Source of the DNA: Octopus sinensis
Taxonomy: Eukaryota
Direction: 5' to 3'
Assembly (NCBI RefSeq): GCF_006345805.1
Contig: NC_042997.1
Location: forward strand, 143,902,001-143,966,000
DNA length: 64,000 nucleotides
Under the pieces are notes generated by a model. It was not told where the DNA came from and did not search any database. It saw only the letters and a program-made list of their open reading frames with translations. A program made the translations under genes and the position numbers. Positions 37,993 through 52,689 of the stretch are shown here, piece after piece (within the stretch, counting starts at the first letter, position 1; each line of letters starts with the position of its first letter).

Positions 37993-39099
37993 TGTCTATA
38001 TAAATAAATCTTTGTTATGTTTATTAGTTTTCGGACGAACACTAAGTACAGTTGATATCAAATTCTAAGCGAATTAAATTTAGATTTATTTTCAATTCAA
38101 AACACTTGCCATTACATAAGCAACGGCCTACCCGAAATAGATGCGGGTTAAAGATAAACTTGTAATAATCAAACAACAAACAATAACACAAAATGGCTTT
38201 AAGATACATTTGAGGCTATAGAAAGGAATTATACTTGATTTTAGTAGGCAAATAAATTTTATATTCTAAGAACTAATAACAACAAAATTAGACAAAACGA
38301 AATGATGGTACATAAACAAGAATATTCCAATAGAAGGAAACTGAGGAAGGTGATTAAAATATATGTATGATGTACACAACGAAAATAACCTCGTCCGTCT
38401 ACCTAGCAAAAGACCGAAAGTATATAATGAAATGAATTATACAAATATATACACCAACACGACAATAGTTTAAGGACGACGCTATAATGGTTTGACAATA
38501 ATATTTTAAAAGCGAAGAACTCAGAAGAAAACACATTTAGACAAACTAACGTTTTGTGAAATTTATATAACGACTACGAAAATTACTTTCAAGCTTACAA
38601 AGAAGTGAAGGAACCTCTCTGATATACTAGAAATAGCAGCGAAACTCTCTCCTATCACATGCTGATAAATGTAGTCCTGGATGCACTATGCATGATAAAA
38701 AGAAGAAACAGTGTCAAAGATGGAATGCCTTTGGTCATTGGTTTACACGGACAGAACTGACTTGGGAGTTAAAGAACAACTTGTGCTACCGTATGTAACT
38801 TGTGGTCAAATGGGTCCGGATTTCATGCTGTTTCCGAGCTTACTAAGAATACCTTGTGAACTGGATTTAATCAATGATTGTTTTCTGTTATGTAGTGCAA
38901 GGAAGGGGCTATGATCACAGTCTTTGAAGACAGTGAGATTAATGTTTATTTTCAAATTCTATACGTATTCGACCAACTACAATGCTTCGTAAGGTTACAG
39001 CTTAATTCTGATTTCTTCAGTATTAAGCTGGAAGACAAACACCTACCTCAAAAAAAGAATACAGGCTGTTGGTTTCTTAATGATAGCTAATGTCTATGT

Positions 39100-39349
39100 G
39101 TGGAGGCGCGTGGCTTAGTGGTTAGGGTGTCAGCATCATGATCGTATGATTGTGGTTTCGATTCCTGGACCGGGCGACGCGTTGTGTTCGGGAGTAAAAC
39201 ACTTCATTTCACGTTGCTCCAGTCCACTCAGCTGGCAAAAATGAGTAACGCTTCGATGGACTGGCATCCCATCAAGCTGGGGAACACATACGTCATGGAA
39301 ACCGAGAAACCGAGCCTATGAGCCTGGCTAGGCTTTAAAAAGGGCGCAT
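39100..39349 (+). mobile_element. SINE family C
   Basis: Near-identical to 25896-26144. Confidence 0.9.
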
Positions 39350-41369
39350 TTATTTATTTTTATAATGTATATAATATAGTGAGCCAAAGAACACACAAAC
39401 TCTCCCACTGCATGTTTCCTTTCAATTTTTAAGCAGTTTGAGTTTCAGAATTTCGTGGAGTTACTTTTCTTGACAAAACTTATAATTAGCACTAATAATT
39501 TTCCATTGTATTCCAAATGAATTATAATCGATTAATATTTTATAGTGTATTGATCACTACTTCACGCATGTCAACTGACACTTCTATTTAAGATATTTCT
39601 TCATGCAGAAGTTATCACTGGGCAATTTTCGTTTGCAGTTCTCCAGCCTAATAAACTAAACAATAAATGAACTTTATACATGGTTGTTGGAAATAGCAGT
39701 CAGATTATCTAAAAGCACATCATACTACTTTAAAAAGGAAGGACAAGTTGGATGATGTCATAGATACACAAAAAGACGCGGTTGTCACAACTGGAACGGC
39801 TTTGATTATGAATCTCCTCAATGAGGATAAACCCAGAACTAGACAACGACAGTAAGGCTTGGACTAATGTGTGGCTGTATATGGTTAAGAAGTTTATTTC
39901 ACAAATATGTGATTACGGGTTCGATTCCACTGCATCGTACCTTGGACAAGGGTCTCCTACCATAGTCCTCAGGTAGACCCAAAGCCGCGTAAGTGAAATT
40001 TAGTTGAGAGAAACTGTATGGAATTGCGTTAGAGGGATTGATCCTGTTTTTTGTTAACTTAATAAGCAATCTGCTTTGGTATAATTATCTAACCCATCCT
40101 TGGGTACCTTAAGCGGAGTCCCTGCAGCAAACATTCAGGTTAGGTCTCCGGTCAAAGGATAAATTCCTCTCTTCATTCAACCAGTTTCAGAGAATGTGAA
40201 AAGAGATCATGGACGCTTTCCCTCTTTGTCTTTCCAGAGCCTCTGAAACTTGTTGGAAGGAGGGAGAGAGGAAATGCACCCAAGGTGCCACCAGGTGGTG
40301 AACTTAAACTGGGCGATGAATTAAGCCTGCCACCCATGTATGTCACTGCAGGATTTGAGCTCGCATCACAAACAGTTAAAATAAATACTGGAAGGATTTC
40401 CATCCGAAGCTCTAACGATTTAGTGAGTTCATCGGTATAGATTGATACTTTATTTATAGACCCCGAAAGGATTTTTTAAAATGTTGACATTGGAATGATT
40501 CGAACTCAGGATGCAAAGAATTGAAAGAAATACATCCTAATGTCTCTCCTTATTCATTGTCTCATCTGATTAAGTCATTAAAAAGACGTAGAATTTATTT
40601 ATCTTGCAGAGATGCTCTACGTTAAAGGGTGAAACAGAATCCAAATTTTTTTTTTCCATTAGACAATTGTCTGATGACGTATTCATTCATTCCTTTCAGT
40701 TCTATTTTCCAGAATAATGTTTCAAAAGAATAAATGAATAAGCGAATAGTCACACAATTTATTGAAATAACTGGTTGCTGTAGCAATGACCAGTTTGTAT
40801 CTATAATGATGTCTTGCAGTCAAGGTTAACTTTAAAATGTTCAATGTAACCTTTCCTGTAGTTTAAATCATGACGCAATAGGATTTATCGATTTATTAGA
40901 TTGAAATAAAAATTATAGTAATTGAGTAATTAAATAGATTTTTGTTTTTCCTATCATCATAACTTAAAAGACTTTTTAAACTAAGGAAATGTCGCAAGCC
41001 ATCTATGTATTTTATTTTTATTTTTATTCTACAACATTCATATATGGATTTTGTCTTTGTAGCAACTAAGCTACACTTTGTCTGCTGCGTCTGTTTCCAT
41101 AAATGATAAATTTTCGATAGTGAAAAGAAATTAATATTATATTCATGATGACCATTGTCTAGCAGTCAGAACTGTGTAAATGTAACAGCTTATCAGTTGA
41201 AATTCTTCAAATGTTCAAAATGTATAATATTGATATTATTCTTTTTTTTTTTCGCAATGCAGCTACATGGTACAGACTTGGTAAGTCTGACGGAATATAT
41301 TAAAATATGGATGCCATATGAATATAAAATACCGTGATCTTAAAAGAAATACAGATACGTACAAATATA

Positions 41370-42610
41370 TCGGGTCGTCCCATAAATAATGCGGTTTTTT
41401 ATGCTATTTTTATTTTGTTAAATAAAGATAAAATTCTTTTTTGATATAAAATATACTCTCCTTCATTTTCTACAATGCTCTTCCATCTATCTGGTAGACT
41501 TGCAAGGCCCCTCTTCCAAAATTTACCTGTCCGTGACGAAAAATACTCCTCAAGTACTGTTCTGACTTCAGATTTTGAAGACCGCGGAATAAATGATAAT
41601 CAGATGGGGCAACGTCCGGCGAATATGGTGGGTGGGGCATCGTTTCCCATTCAAACTGCTGCAGGCTTTGGGATATCATCCTCCCTGTATATGGCCGAAC
41701 ATTATCTTGATGGAAGAACACCTTTCGTCTTGCAATCAAAGATGGTCATTTTTCTTTTAACGCTGACTTAAGTAGCTCAAGCTACTCCTAATAGATCTCT
41801 TTTGTTAGCATTTGGTTTGGGTTTAAAACTTCAAAGTGAACTAAACCTTTCATATCTCACCAAACAGATAACAACACCTTACGTGGGTGGAGACTTTCTT
41901 TAACCTGAGGTACCGCTGTTTCCCTTTTCCCTACCCTCTGTCTTCGGCGCTTGACATTTTTATAGAGGACCCATTTCTCGCCACCAGTCACTATTCGGTC
42001 CAAAAAAAAAATGTTCATTCGTACGATGTGACAGCAAAGAAGAGCACACATTCACTCTCTGTGTGCGATTAGACTCGAAAAGTTTATGAAGAACCCATTG
42101 ACCCAATTTGCTGACTTTTCCAATGGCACGCATATGTGATGAATGGTTGAATGACTAAATCCATGCTTCTGTGCTAGTCCCTCAACAGTTACGATGGGAT
42201 ATTGTTCCACCAGAATTTGCAGGACGTTATCGCCGAGTTCTACAGATCTTCCAGAACGAGGCTCGTCTTCCAGGCTGTAGTTTCCGGCTCGGAATTTCTG
42301 GAACCACTGTTGATGCTGGCTTACGCTTATTGTCCGATCTCCATATACTGCATTAATATTCCTCGCACTTTCCACTGTGTTGTTGCCTTTATTGAACTCA
42401 TGAAGCAAAATATGCTGAATATGCTCCTTTGCTACTTGCATTATATCTTTGAAAAAATAACTGTTAAAATCGAACTGCACTCTTCACAACTTGTACTAAG
42501 AATAATGCCAAAGTTAAAATTACTACCTGTTTTTATAGAAAGTTCATGTAGGTAGTTTACCCCGCCTCCCTCCAACTTTTAGATGATGCAATTGAAAAAA
42601 AACTGCATTA
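41370..42610 (-). mobile_element. Near full-length mariner, transposase pseudogene (about 41445-42441)
   Basis: QWFQKFRAGNYSLEDEPRSGR, IVTGGEKWVLY, LHPRKVLLSVW, HQDNVRP, HPPYSPDVAPSDYHLF across frameshifts; TIR TCGGGTCGTCCCATAAATAATGCGG, the other TIR truncated. Confidence 0.95.
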
Positions 42611-42654
42611 GTATTGTTCTTGAAAATCCAAATATATACGTATATAATCGTTTA

Positions 42655-42846
42655 TCTTTTACGTATTTCAGTCATTTGACGACGGCCATGCTAAGGCACC
42701 GCCTTGAAGAATTTTTAGTCGAATGAATCGACCGCGGTACTTATTTTTGTTTTAAGCCTGATACCTATTTTATCGTGTCTGTTGCCGAACCACTAAGTTA
42801 CGGGGACGTAAACACACCAACACCGGTTGTCAAGCAGTAGTGGGAT

Positions 42847-42882
<36 letters not shown>

Positions 42883-42996
42883 GCGACGGGCTTCTTTCAG
42901 TTTCTTTCAGTCTGCGCAAGGTACCACACAGTTGGACTGAACCCGGAACCATGTGGTTGGGAAGCAACTTCCTACCACACAGCCACGCCTGCGCCT
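42655..42996 (-). mobile_element. SINE family A with internal deletion
   Basis: Reverse homology to 13444-13848. Confidence 0.85.
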
Positions 42997-43390
42997 ATAC
43001 ATACTTTGTATATGAATGTCTATAATTTTTCACAGAAGGGAAATTCTTTCTAATCTAGACAGAAGGCTTAAAGTTTGGGAGTGGGAGAGGGTAATCAAGT
43101 ACACCGACCCTAGTATTTGACTGATTCGTTATGTGATTGATCCCGGAAGGATAAACGGCAAAGTTGCTCTTAGTGGAATTGGAACAAGTACCGGAAAACT
43201 TTTTTTGCCTGATAACGATTCTGCTTGTTCGCTGTCTTCATAGGACCGAAATAAATATTGGATGAAAAATTTATTGTTACGTAAAACAAGTCACCGAGGA
43301 AGTGACACAAACAAGCGCTTCTTCATCTAAGAATGTACTTCCACATTCAATGTCAGTTTCGAGGAAAGGTAGAGCCCATAATCCTTTAGA

Positions 43391-43700
43391 ACGGTGATTT
43401 TCAACCATTTTTTATTTATAGATTCCTTTGATTACTGTTTTTTCCCAGTGGATCTCTATAGCCATTTGATATTTAAAAACTAGTTTTGTAGATACTTCTT
43501 TCAAAATTCCAATTTTGTTTTTCCCACATTATGTAGTATGGAGTATGTAAAACGATAGAGAAAAGAACTGAGCTGTTTCTTGCAATAAAAACATAAAAAA
43601 AAACTATTTTGTGGACACTTAATGTACTACCAGAGATCTCCAATTTACCATTTTACTTTCATGGACCCCCCCTCAAATGTTTTATGGACCCTCAGGGGTT
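43391..43700 (-). mobile_element. hAT-type MITE, older copy
   Basis: Reverse homologue of 11913-12217. Confidence 0.7.
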
Positions 43701-44092
43701 AGCCTGAATGCTTGCAACAGAGTTGATTCTGCTAAAGAAATTCAGTGTACTTGATGGTGATATTAAACTGGGTGACGGATCAAGTCTACTACTCAAGTAG
43801 GTAACAGACATATTTGAACTCGGAATGTAAAGTACAGGAACAAATGCTGCAGAGCATCCTGTCTAACGTTCTTACAGTTCTTACATTGTCTTAGATTGGT
43901 GGTTTTCTTTATCGACCTCGAAAGGATGACATGCAAAGTTGACCTCGGCGAAATTTGAACGCAGTGAGCCGAAACAAATACAGCGAAGCATTTTATCCGA
44001 AACTCTAGCAATTACTAATTCGCTGCCTGTTTGTTAAAATCCTCAGTACAACCGGTACTCTAATAATGTATGTAGGGCGGCAAGCTGGTATA

Positions 44093-44292
44093 GGGCGGTG
44101 AGCTAGTAGAATCGTTAGCACATCAAACAAAATGCTTATCGGCATTTCGTCTGTCAAATTCCGTCGAACTCGACTTTGTCTTTCATTTTTCGGGATCAAT
44201 AAAATAAGTGCCAGCTGATCATTGGGGTCGATGTAATCGACTTATCCCTTGCTCCAAAATTGCTGGCCTTTTATCAAAATTTGAAACCAATG
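44093..44292 (+). mobile_element. SINE family B
   Basis: Head and core homology; older minus-strand copies at about 43045-43240 and 43790-44020. Confidence 0.8.
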
Positions 44293-45099
44293 ATATGTGT
44301 GACTCTTAGTTTTATCCAAAGGTCTAGATCTACTGAGATGAAATATAGCGATTAGTATGTTTTGTTTTGACCGCAGACTATCAAAATGACATAATGATAT
44401 ATATTGAAATTGATCTGTGTGAATGTCACTGTTAGATATAATATCTAGTAACGGAAATCTTTACACCGAAAGTAGATATAAGTAGAATTCGTATATGTTT
44501 ATGCTTTATGTAAAAGTGAATAGTTTCTTCGAAACAAACTGAAGGTTTTATAATTCGACGCCCATACATCAAATGTACTTTAGAACAACACTAATCAAAA
44601 TTATGAGGTTATTCTTTTGACGATTGATAGAGAAAATCAAAACTTTAATTCATATGGAATCGTATGTTCAGGTCTAAAACGATACAGCAATGACTATCAG
44701 ACAAGAAGGTGATAGGATATATAGATATTAACACAAACAAACATAAGTATAACGACAAATAAATTGATAACTAGACAGGAAGAATAACGGATAGGTAGAT
44801 AAATAGACAAATACACATATACATACATAACTACATACATACATACATGCATACATACCCCATCATATATATTTATATATATACACATCGACGAACAGTT
44901 GCTATTATCTTAATTGTAGAGTTATATCTAGTCAGGCGTAGCAATAACCATAAATATAAATGCAGGTATACCCTTAGGCGATGACACAGCCATAGGCATA
45001 ATCGTATAGTCAGGAATTTCGCTTCGATACCAAGTAGTTCTGTGCTGAATCCAACAGCGAAGGACATTAGTCAACACTTCAGCTACCCACAGTAATTAC

Positions 45100-45550
45100 T
45101 AACCGTCTACAAAAAAGTCAGGTGAAACTTACTAAAGAATATCAAACTCATATCTAGATCGATGCCACTGCTACCAGGCACCGATGGCACCCAAACGAAA
45201 GGCCAATGGACAGGTTAGTATGAAGACACTCAGTACCACACTCCAGCCTCTGGTTCATGAACGCATTGCCTCTTCTCTCTGTCTTGTCAGCAGTAACTAT
45301 AGTGGCCCCTGCTTCGCGGAACTAGTTGGTCTAGTACCATCACCACTTGCGCCGTTCCCATTTACTCATTTCTCTCTTTCTCTCATAATTCAGCCCCTCC
45401 CATCCCACTGCGAAAAGCTTTGCGCTAACCACAGTGACCAGTCCTTCTTCGGAATGTCGTTCTTCCGGATTCATATTACGTCCGTGTTTTCAACGTAGAT
45501 GTCGATTTGAAAGTGTGAAAGAGGAGCGTAATGCGTTTCGATTTCACCAG
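45100..45550 (+). mobile_element. CR1/Jockey-like LINE 3' ORF fragment
   Basis: LQPLVHERIASSLCL..YSGPCFAELVGLVP..QSFF resembles LQPLxHRRxVxSLxLFYRY..CSxEL. Confidence 0.65.
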
Positions 45551-46191
45551 CTTGGGAGGACATTTGAAGGTCATGGGTACAAGCCCTTTCCCCTGACTTA
45601 ATCAAACAACAATTTTCCTTTTTTACTGAGGTTTTAGGAAAGGAATTTGATTGATGGAGTCACTGTGCAAGCCAGCTGTGTGTGTGTGTGTGCTTATGAA
45701 ATTGGTGATGACATGTTTGTGATAGAGTGTGTTTGTATGCGTGTGTTTGTGAGTGTGTGTGTATGTGTTTATGTGTGTATGTGTGTGTGTGTGTATGTGT
45801 GTATGTGTGTGTGTAGATAAAATACAAAAAATTAACTTTCCTTACATATAAATATAAACAAGTTAGTGGATGTATTTATCTCAACGTAACATAATCAGCA
45901 AAATACAATCAATTTATAAAGAGATACGAATAACATGAATTTACAGATATAAATGTGTATACATTAATAGTGACAGATATTCATACAAAACTGATCAAAA
46001 GTATACGCATTAAAATACACGCTCACACACGCACACGTGCACACACACATTTGTGTGCGTTTATATGTATGTATGTATGTATATATATATATAAATTTAT
46101 ATATATATTTAGTTAGATAGATGGATATAACTTACTTGGAAAAGGATACGTGGCGTTCGATCATATAATAATATAAATAATATATAAACAT

Positions 46192-46573
46192 TTGCATATA
46201 TACATAGATATATGTACATACCTACATATATATATATGCATATATCGGTACAGGGCATCAGAAAACGTAGACACAATGAGAAAACGAAAACGTAAGAACA
46301 AAAACATAGAAAACGAACCTTGTCCTTACCTTCGAAACGCAGAGTAGATGAAACAGGCACAACTTATGAAGGGGAATGTTCTTTATATTGCATGTCTCGT
46401 TTCTCTGGGGTTTTTTTTCGTTGTTCGAAAAAAAAGGTTCGTTTTCTATGTTTGTGTTTTTATGTTTTCGTTTTCTCAATGTGTCTACGTTTTTTTTTAT
46501 ATCCTGTACCCATATATGCATGTATATATACATATATATGTAGGTATTTACATATATGTATGTATATATGCAT
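46192..46573. repeat. Inverted duplication, about 130-bp arms with about 110-bp spacer
   Basis: 46192-46321 is the reverse complement of 46434-46573, including the flanking irregular TA/TG tract. Confidence 0.9.
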
Positions 46574-46702
46574 ATATATGTATACATGTATATATATATA
46601 CACACACATATTGTACATAAAACTATTCTATAAAGGGACAATACGAATGTAGTATATACATACATACTTACATACAAACATACAGACATGCATATATAAT
46701 CC

Positions 46703-46762
<60 letters not shown>

Positions 46763-47344
46763 TTGTGTATATATATATATAATTACACAATACCATTATA
46801 GAGTTACTAAAAGATTCAGCAAGAATTTGTGTTCACTATGTTTATTTTCCTTCGTTTTACTTTTGTTTTCTGTCACAATTCTTTCCCTGGTTTCTAAATT
46901 CTTCAAAGAAGCAATCACCAAAATAAAAAAAAAAGCAAAATAAAGCAAAATAAATTTATAGAAAAACCAAAAATGTCGATCACTTGCGGATAACCAGCGT
47001 TTTCAAGTCACGAAATGATCGATTGAATCCCCCACCGCCATCACCACCACCCAAAAAATCCCGAAGTAATTAAAAAAACAACATTATTATGATTGCAAGC
47101 GAAATTACCTGAAATAGGTATATCGATTGGCAGGTAAAAATAATGAACCGAAATAAATAAATACATAAATAAATAAAGAGAAAAATAAGAAAGCAACACT
47201 TAGAAATAAAGTAAGATTAATTTTATCTTAGTTTATCGTGTGCACCGACGAAATGCTAAACCAAATTGGAAACCAGTCTTGGCCAAAGACTTTACTGTAT
47301 CCATTATTCCAGCTCATTACTATGCTACATAGTCACAAATATGT

Positions 47345-47725
47345 GTGAGACTTCTAGCTTCCCTGGACATGGACACATTAAAGCTCAGACGTTTGGCAAC
47401 TGACTTGACAGATATCCACAAGATTATCCACCATCTTTCATACAAAAACCTTGGGCACGCTTTTGAATTCCATACGACCAACATTCATGGACATGCTTAC
47501 AAAATCAAAAGACAACACAACACCCATGACTTTCGAAACATTATTTTCAAGCTCAGGATTACTGAAGCAGGGAATAAAATACCCACATCATTTGTTAGCT
47601 TCCGTGAGACCGCATCCTTCAAAACTTCCATGCTTCCTGAAATTTGCCAACAGTACACTTTATGCACCCCACTCCTATTCTTTTTTTTAGTTGTAGTGCA
47701 CCTGAGCACTATACAACAAGTTAAT
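47345..47725 (+). mobile_element. CR1-group LINE 3' end
   Basis: RLLASLDMDTLKLRRLATDLTDIHKII..HGHAYKIK..HDFRN..LRITEAGNKIP..FKT. Confidence 0.8.
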
Positions 47726-48547
47726 TGTATCAAAGTCACCCAAGGTGTCGAATGATGGTGTTAAAACGTGTGACTGGTTGTCTGCCACCCAAGTAGGTCA
47801 TCGGGGAATTTGAACTCAAAACGCAAAGATCTGTAACAAATACAAAACATCTAGTACGATGGTCTTCCAGTTTCGCCAGTTTAATTCCCTGGTTTGGCAC
47901 CTTGCTTTATCGACCCCTAAAGACTGAAATCAAAAGTTGATCTCAGCGTTATTTGAGCATAGATCACAGAGAGTTGGAACATTTGTTTTTTTTTTTAATG
48001 ATCTCGAAAAAATTATAGGGCAAAGTGGAACTCGTCGGAATTTTAACTCAGAACCTAAACAGAATACATAACTAATTACTCTAAGATTTGTCTGGTGTTC
48101 TACAGATTCCACAGTCGCATCACCTCTTTGTTAGCTCCTTAACTCAATGATGCATACTCTCTCTCTCTCTCTCTTTCTTTCTCTTTTACGCATTCATTCA
48201 TAAATATACACATAAATACATACATAATATATACATACATATATGCATACATAATACATACATACATACATACATACATACATACATACGTACGTACGTA
48301 CGTACGTACGTACAAGCACGGGATGTTCAGAAAGATAAATTGACCGGTTGATTCGTACATTACAAGTGCAATCTGTGAGTGGAATAGTAAAAATATGAAA
48401 GACTTTTCTTAAGTTCCAAATGTGAATTTGTCTGTGTTAACTACATCCCAAATATGGAGTCTTGAATCTTTGTTGGAAACCGGCTCCCTCCTCAGTGGAA
48501 GATTTATAATAATTAAAAAATAGAAGAGACATACATACATACATGAT

Positions 48548-48730
48548 GCCGGTTTCCCGTGTTCTGTGGCTTATATATTTCCCCCTGGGCTCATTTTTAC
48601 CAGCAGAGTGGACTGGAGCAGCTTGGAATGAAGTGTTTTGCTCAAGAATACAATACACCGCCCAGTCCAGTAATCAAAACTACAATCTTACGATCACGTG
48701 TGCAACACCCTAACCGCTAAGTCACTTGAC
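48548..48730 (-). mobile_element. SINE family C, diverged
   Basis: GAGTGGACTGGAGCA..GAAGTGTTTTGCTC..CACCCTAACC.CTAAG. Confidence 0.75.
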
Positions 48731-48742
48731 TACACACACATA

Positions 48743-48785
<43 letters not shown>

Positions 48786-49599
48786 GCAGACACGTACACA
48801 TACATGTTTATGTACGGATACATAAAGCAATACATGCACACAGATACACAAACACGTGTGTAAAATGGATATGGTCCTTAATTCCCGCCTAAAGTAATAA
48901 TTTCAGCACATCATTAATATACAGCACTCGTGTGGAAACCTTTGTAGCAATTAGAAGTCGTGGATAATGGAAGAAATGATGAATTACGCAGTAACTGAGC
49001 CAACTCAGTTTAAGCTCATACACTACGCAGTAATTTGACAAGTATGACGCCAACATACCTTCATTAGGAAACAAACACAGCTGCAACCACACCTTAAATC
49101 CTGTTTTATACGCAATAACAAAGGCCGTTGCCAGGAATGCTCTGTGCGAAATCTCTGAATAGCTACTAAAGGATATATATATTTCGTACCCTCATAGGAA
49201 TAACAAACAAGCGTTTCTAGATAACATTATTCATTTAAGGATTGATCAATACAAAGGTGTTTCAATGATGGAACGATTGCCTGGAAGCTTGCCATTAAAA
49301 GTAGATGACTGTTTAGCGAAGTTATAATAAATAGAGCTGAAAATGTCGGTGGTTGTAGATGTCGGTAAAAATAAATAAGTGCAGCCGATGGATGTGGATT
49401 GCTGTTGTTGTTGTTGTTGCTTTTACTATTGTTTAGATCCAGATTACATCTGAGTAAAGAGAAATAAGACAAAAGACGTTCCAACCATGGGCAACCAAAC
49501 AGTCTAGGCATTCAAGGTCCACATCACTGCCTGAGTCCATGTGTCACGTTCTCTCAAATGTTCATATTTTCATTCTCTGTCTGTCTGTTTGTTTGTCTG

Positions 49600-49644
<45 letters not shown>

Positions 49645-50737
49645 ATTTCGCTACCTTTCTCTGTATTTACTTCGCACACTAATAAAAACGAAAACTTATT
49701 TTGCATTGATTCAGACATTTTACAACCATCCATCCATTTATGCATACATACATACATACATACATACATACATACACACACACATACATACATACATACA
49801 TACATACATACATACATACATACATACATACATACATACATACATACATACATACATACATACACATGTATGTATAAATCTATGTATGAATCTATCTATC
49901 TATCTATCTATATATCTATCAATGCATTTATTTTGTGAGTGTTTTAACTTTAAAAGGAAAACTTGTTTACTTTCTTCAATATTCCTTCCTTTCATGGTGA
50001 CCTCTGGTATTGCTTCGTATTCGGACAAGTGTGAACTTGCGTGCAACAAAAATCAACAATTTGTGCTGCCAAAATAGCCGAAGTACAGTCATTACATTTA
50101 TGAGGATCTCTTTACTTCTTTCCCTACAATAAATAGCTCTAACAGTGGCCAATACTTATCGATGCACACATGTATGGAAGGGTACACAATACTGGACGTC
50201 TTCTACTGCCTCGCTGCAGAGATCTCACAAAATTGATCACCGAAATAACATACATTAAATGACTACAGATACGCCAAAGATAAGCGTACATATTACACTA
50301 AATATTTATCCAACCTTCCTGGGCAGTCTTCATTGTCATCGTTACACTTGATTATTAACAGAAATCAGAGGCTACACTCGGAACAGTTAGCTTTTGTTGA
50401 ATCAAATTCGCTACTAAGACAGTGCTCCCAACAAGAGTGTACATATTACTGACACAAAGGTAATGGTATATATCCATTATCACTGGCTTGGAGAAGGGTA
50501 TAGCTGGACTTTATTTCATAGGGAAAGATTGTATATTTATTTAACCATACACTACACTGAAGCCATATCTACAACAAAAAATCATCAAGATCTGGAGTTT
50601 TCAAGTGTAAATGGTTATATAAAGGTCATTGGAAAGAATGCGATAGTCTTTCAATATTTTGTTGAGTTTTTTTTATTGCAGTGTTACTGTTAGACAAACG
50701 AATGATGTAACGACTCAATGTTATTAAAAAACATAAA

Positions 50738-50818
50738 AGCCAACAATTTGTTTCGACTTATATACATTTTTTTTATATATAAACAATTCAATTCCCTTAT
50801 ATTGGTCTCATCAGAGCC
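50738..50818 (-). ncRNA. Type I hammerhead motif with intact core and expanded stem II
   Basis: GGCU-CUGAUGA-GAC..AUAUA[loop]UAUAU..GUC-GAA-ACAA(A)UUGU-U-GGCU. Confidence 0.65.
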
Positions 50819-50829
50819 AATGGTTTAAA

Positions 50830-51340
50830 GATAAACGAAATTCCGTGTGAAAGGATGACTGGATTGTCAAAATCTTAATTAAAATGCCTATGTATTATGA
50901 GCGTGAGCGTTAACTATTCAACTACATAGCAATTATAATTAAAAAACAAAAAAATTATAACAGACAAAATAATTAAGTCTGTAGAATCTACAACTATTGA
51001 AATATATTTCTATATATCTCAAATAATATTAATCCAAACTCGTTTATATCGAAGACAATCTTTCTCTTTTATAATGACATACAACAATAATATATATATG
51101 TATATAATTAAGTATTAGGATCTTATTCTAGAAACTATAAGAAAACGTGTAAAAAAATAAATGATAATTATATTTTTAAAATGTTATAACTCTTCTGTTT
51201 ATTTAAAGTTATTGATATAAAAAAGATTGCTTAAAGTGACCAATAAAAATATTCATAGTATGTTATGTTATAATTTAAATAAATTGTTCGATTGTCAATT
51301 GTATCTCTCTATCTAATTTATTGTTTGTAATTTGCATTAT
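50830..51340 (-). pseudogene. PLE 3' ORF remnant (RT C-terminus and GIY-YIG endonuclease)
   Basis: Minus strand NNKLD...NRTIYLNY and YIG......QSSF, directly upstream of the hammerhead. Confidence 0.5.
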
Positions 51341-51430
51341 ACCCATATTTATGTGGTATCCAACTGACGTATCAGTGAGTTGGAAGTTTTACACACCCCT
51401 TTGAAGGAATTCTTTTCCTTAGTTTGTTAC

Positions 51431-51502
<72 letters not shown>

Positions 51503-51611
51503 TGTATGTATGTATGTATGTGTGTGTGTATGTATGTATGTATGTATGTATGTGTGTGTGTATGTATGTATGTATGTATGTATGTATGTATGTATGTATA
51601 TACATATATGG

Positions 51612-51642
<31 letters not shown>

Positions 51643-51884
51643 TATGTGTATGTATGTATATGTATGCATGTATGTATGCATGTATGTATGTATGTATGTA
51701 TGTATGTATGTATAAGTGCATGTGGATCGATTTCCAAAATCTTGACATCTGGGATTTGAGATCTGACCTCTCGATAACAACCACCCGCATCTTTGATTAA
51801 ATGGTATTATCGTTTATCTGAAACCTAAAGTATTTAGCTGCCATAATTCTATATTCAAGTAAAATCTCTCTGTCTGTCTGTCAG

Positions 51885-51925
<41 letters not shown>

Positions 51926-52689
51926 CGACAGTGGGTGATTTTAGGTGCACGTACTAAGCCATAACGCAGCTATGTTATAACCACTGTATTTAATAATCGA
52001 GAAATTTTTCAACCGTTTCTTTTCCTTATACTGTGTCATATACACATCTTGCATTATTGAACGAACGTGATTGATTGTATAAGTAAAAGAACTGTCATAC
52101 GGAACTTGGCTTACAGCGCTTGATTTCGTTTCATTGATTCGCAGATAGAAAAAGGTGGAGTAAGTTAATATATGCCTTTAAAATAATGATTTCTTATGTT
52201 GCACAATGGCAATTGCCAGAGAGTGAAGGGTATATAATCGATTATACCGATTGTTATCTATCTCCTAATGTATACTTAGTCGACTCTTGACAGTATTGGA
52301 GTGCAAACACTATTCAAATCGAAACGATGAGAAAGAGAGAGAAAAGGAGAAAAATAATATATGTAATTTATATATACATATAGACTAATACTTAAAAATA
52401 TGAGCCAAGCTGATGTTTTCAGAATTATCATTTTTTTTTTCATTTTTCTCCAGGAATGAAAATAAAATCGGAAATTAACTGAGTTTCGAATGGCCGAAAA
52501 CAAGACGAATTCCTGAAGAACCATCGATAGAATAACAGTTGACAGATGCTCTGAGGAATCTGAATTATCTAAAATAAGCAATATTTAAAAATAAATATTT
52601 TTTCGTCTTTCATTTGCTATGTTTTGAGGAAGGGACAAAGCTCATTTCCTTTGCAAGCTCTCTGAGACCAGTGAGTTTGATACTGTCAA

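Noticed and set aside
38030-38700. Further PLE ORF remnants (also 24400-25060 and 54460-55290)
   Set aside because: Composition is suggestive, but the motifs are too degraded to support a call by eye.
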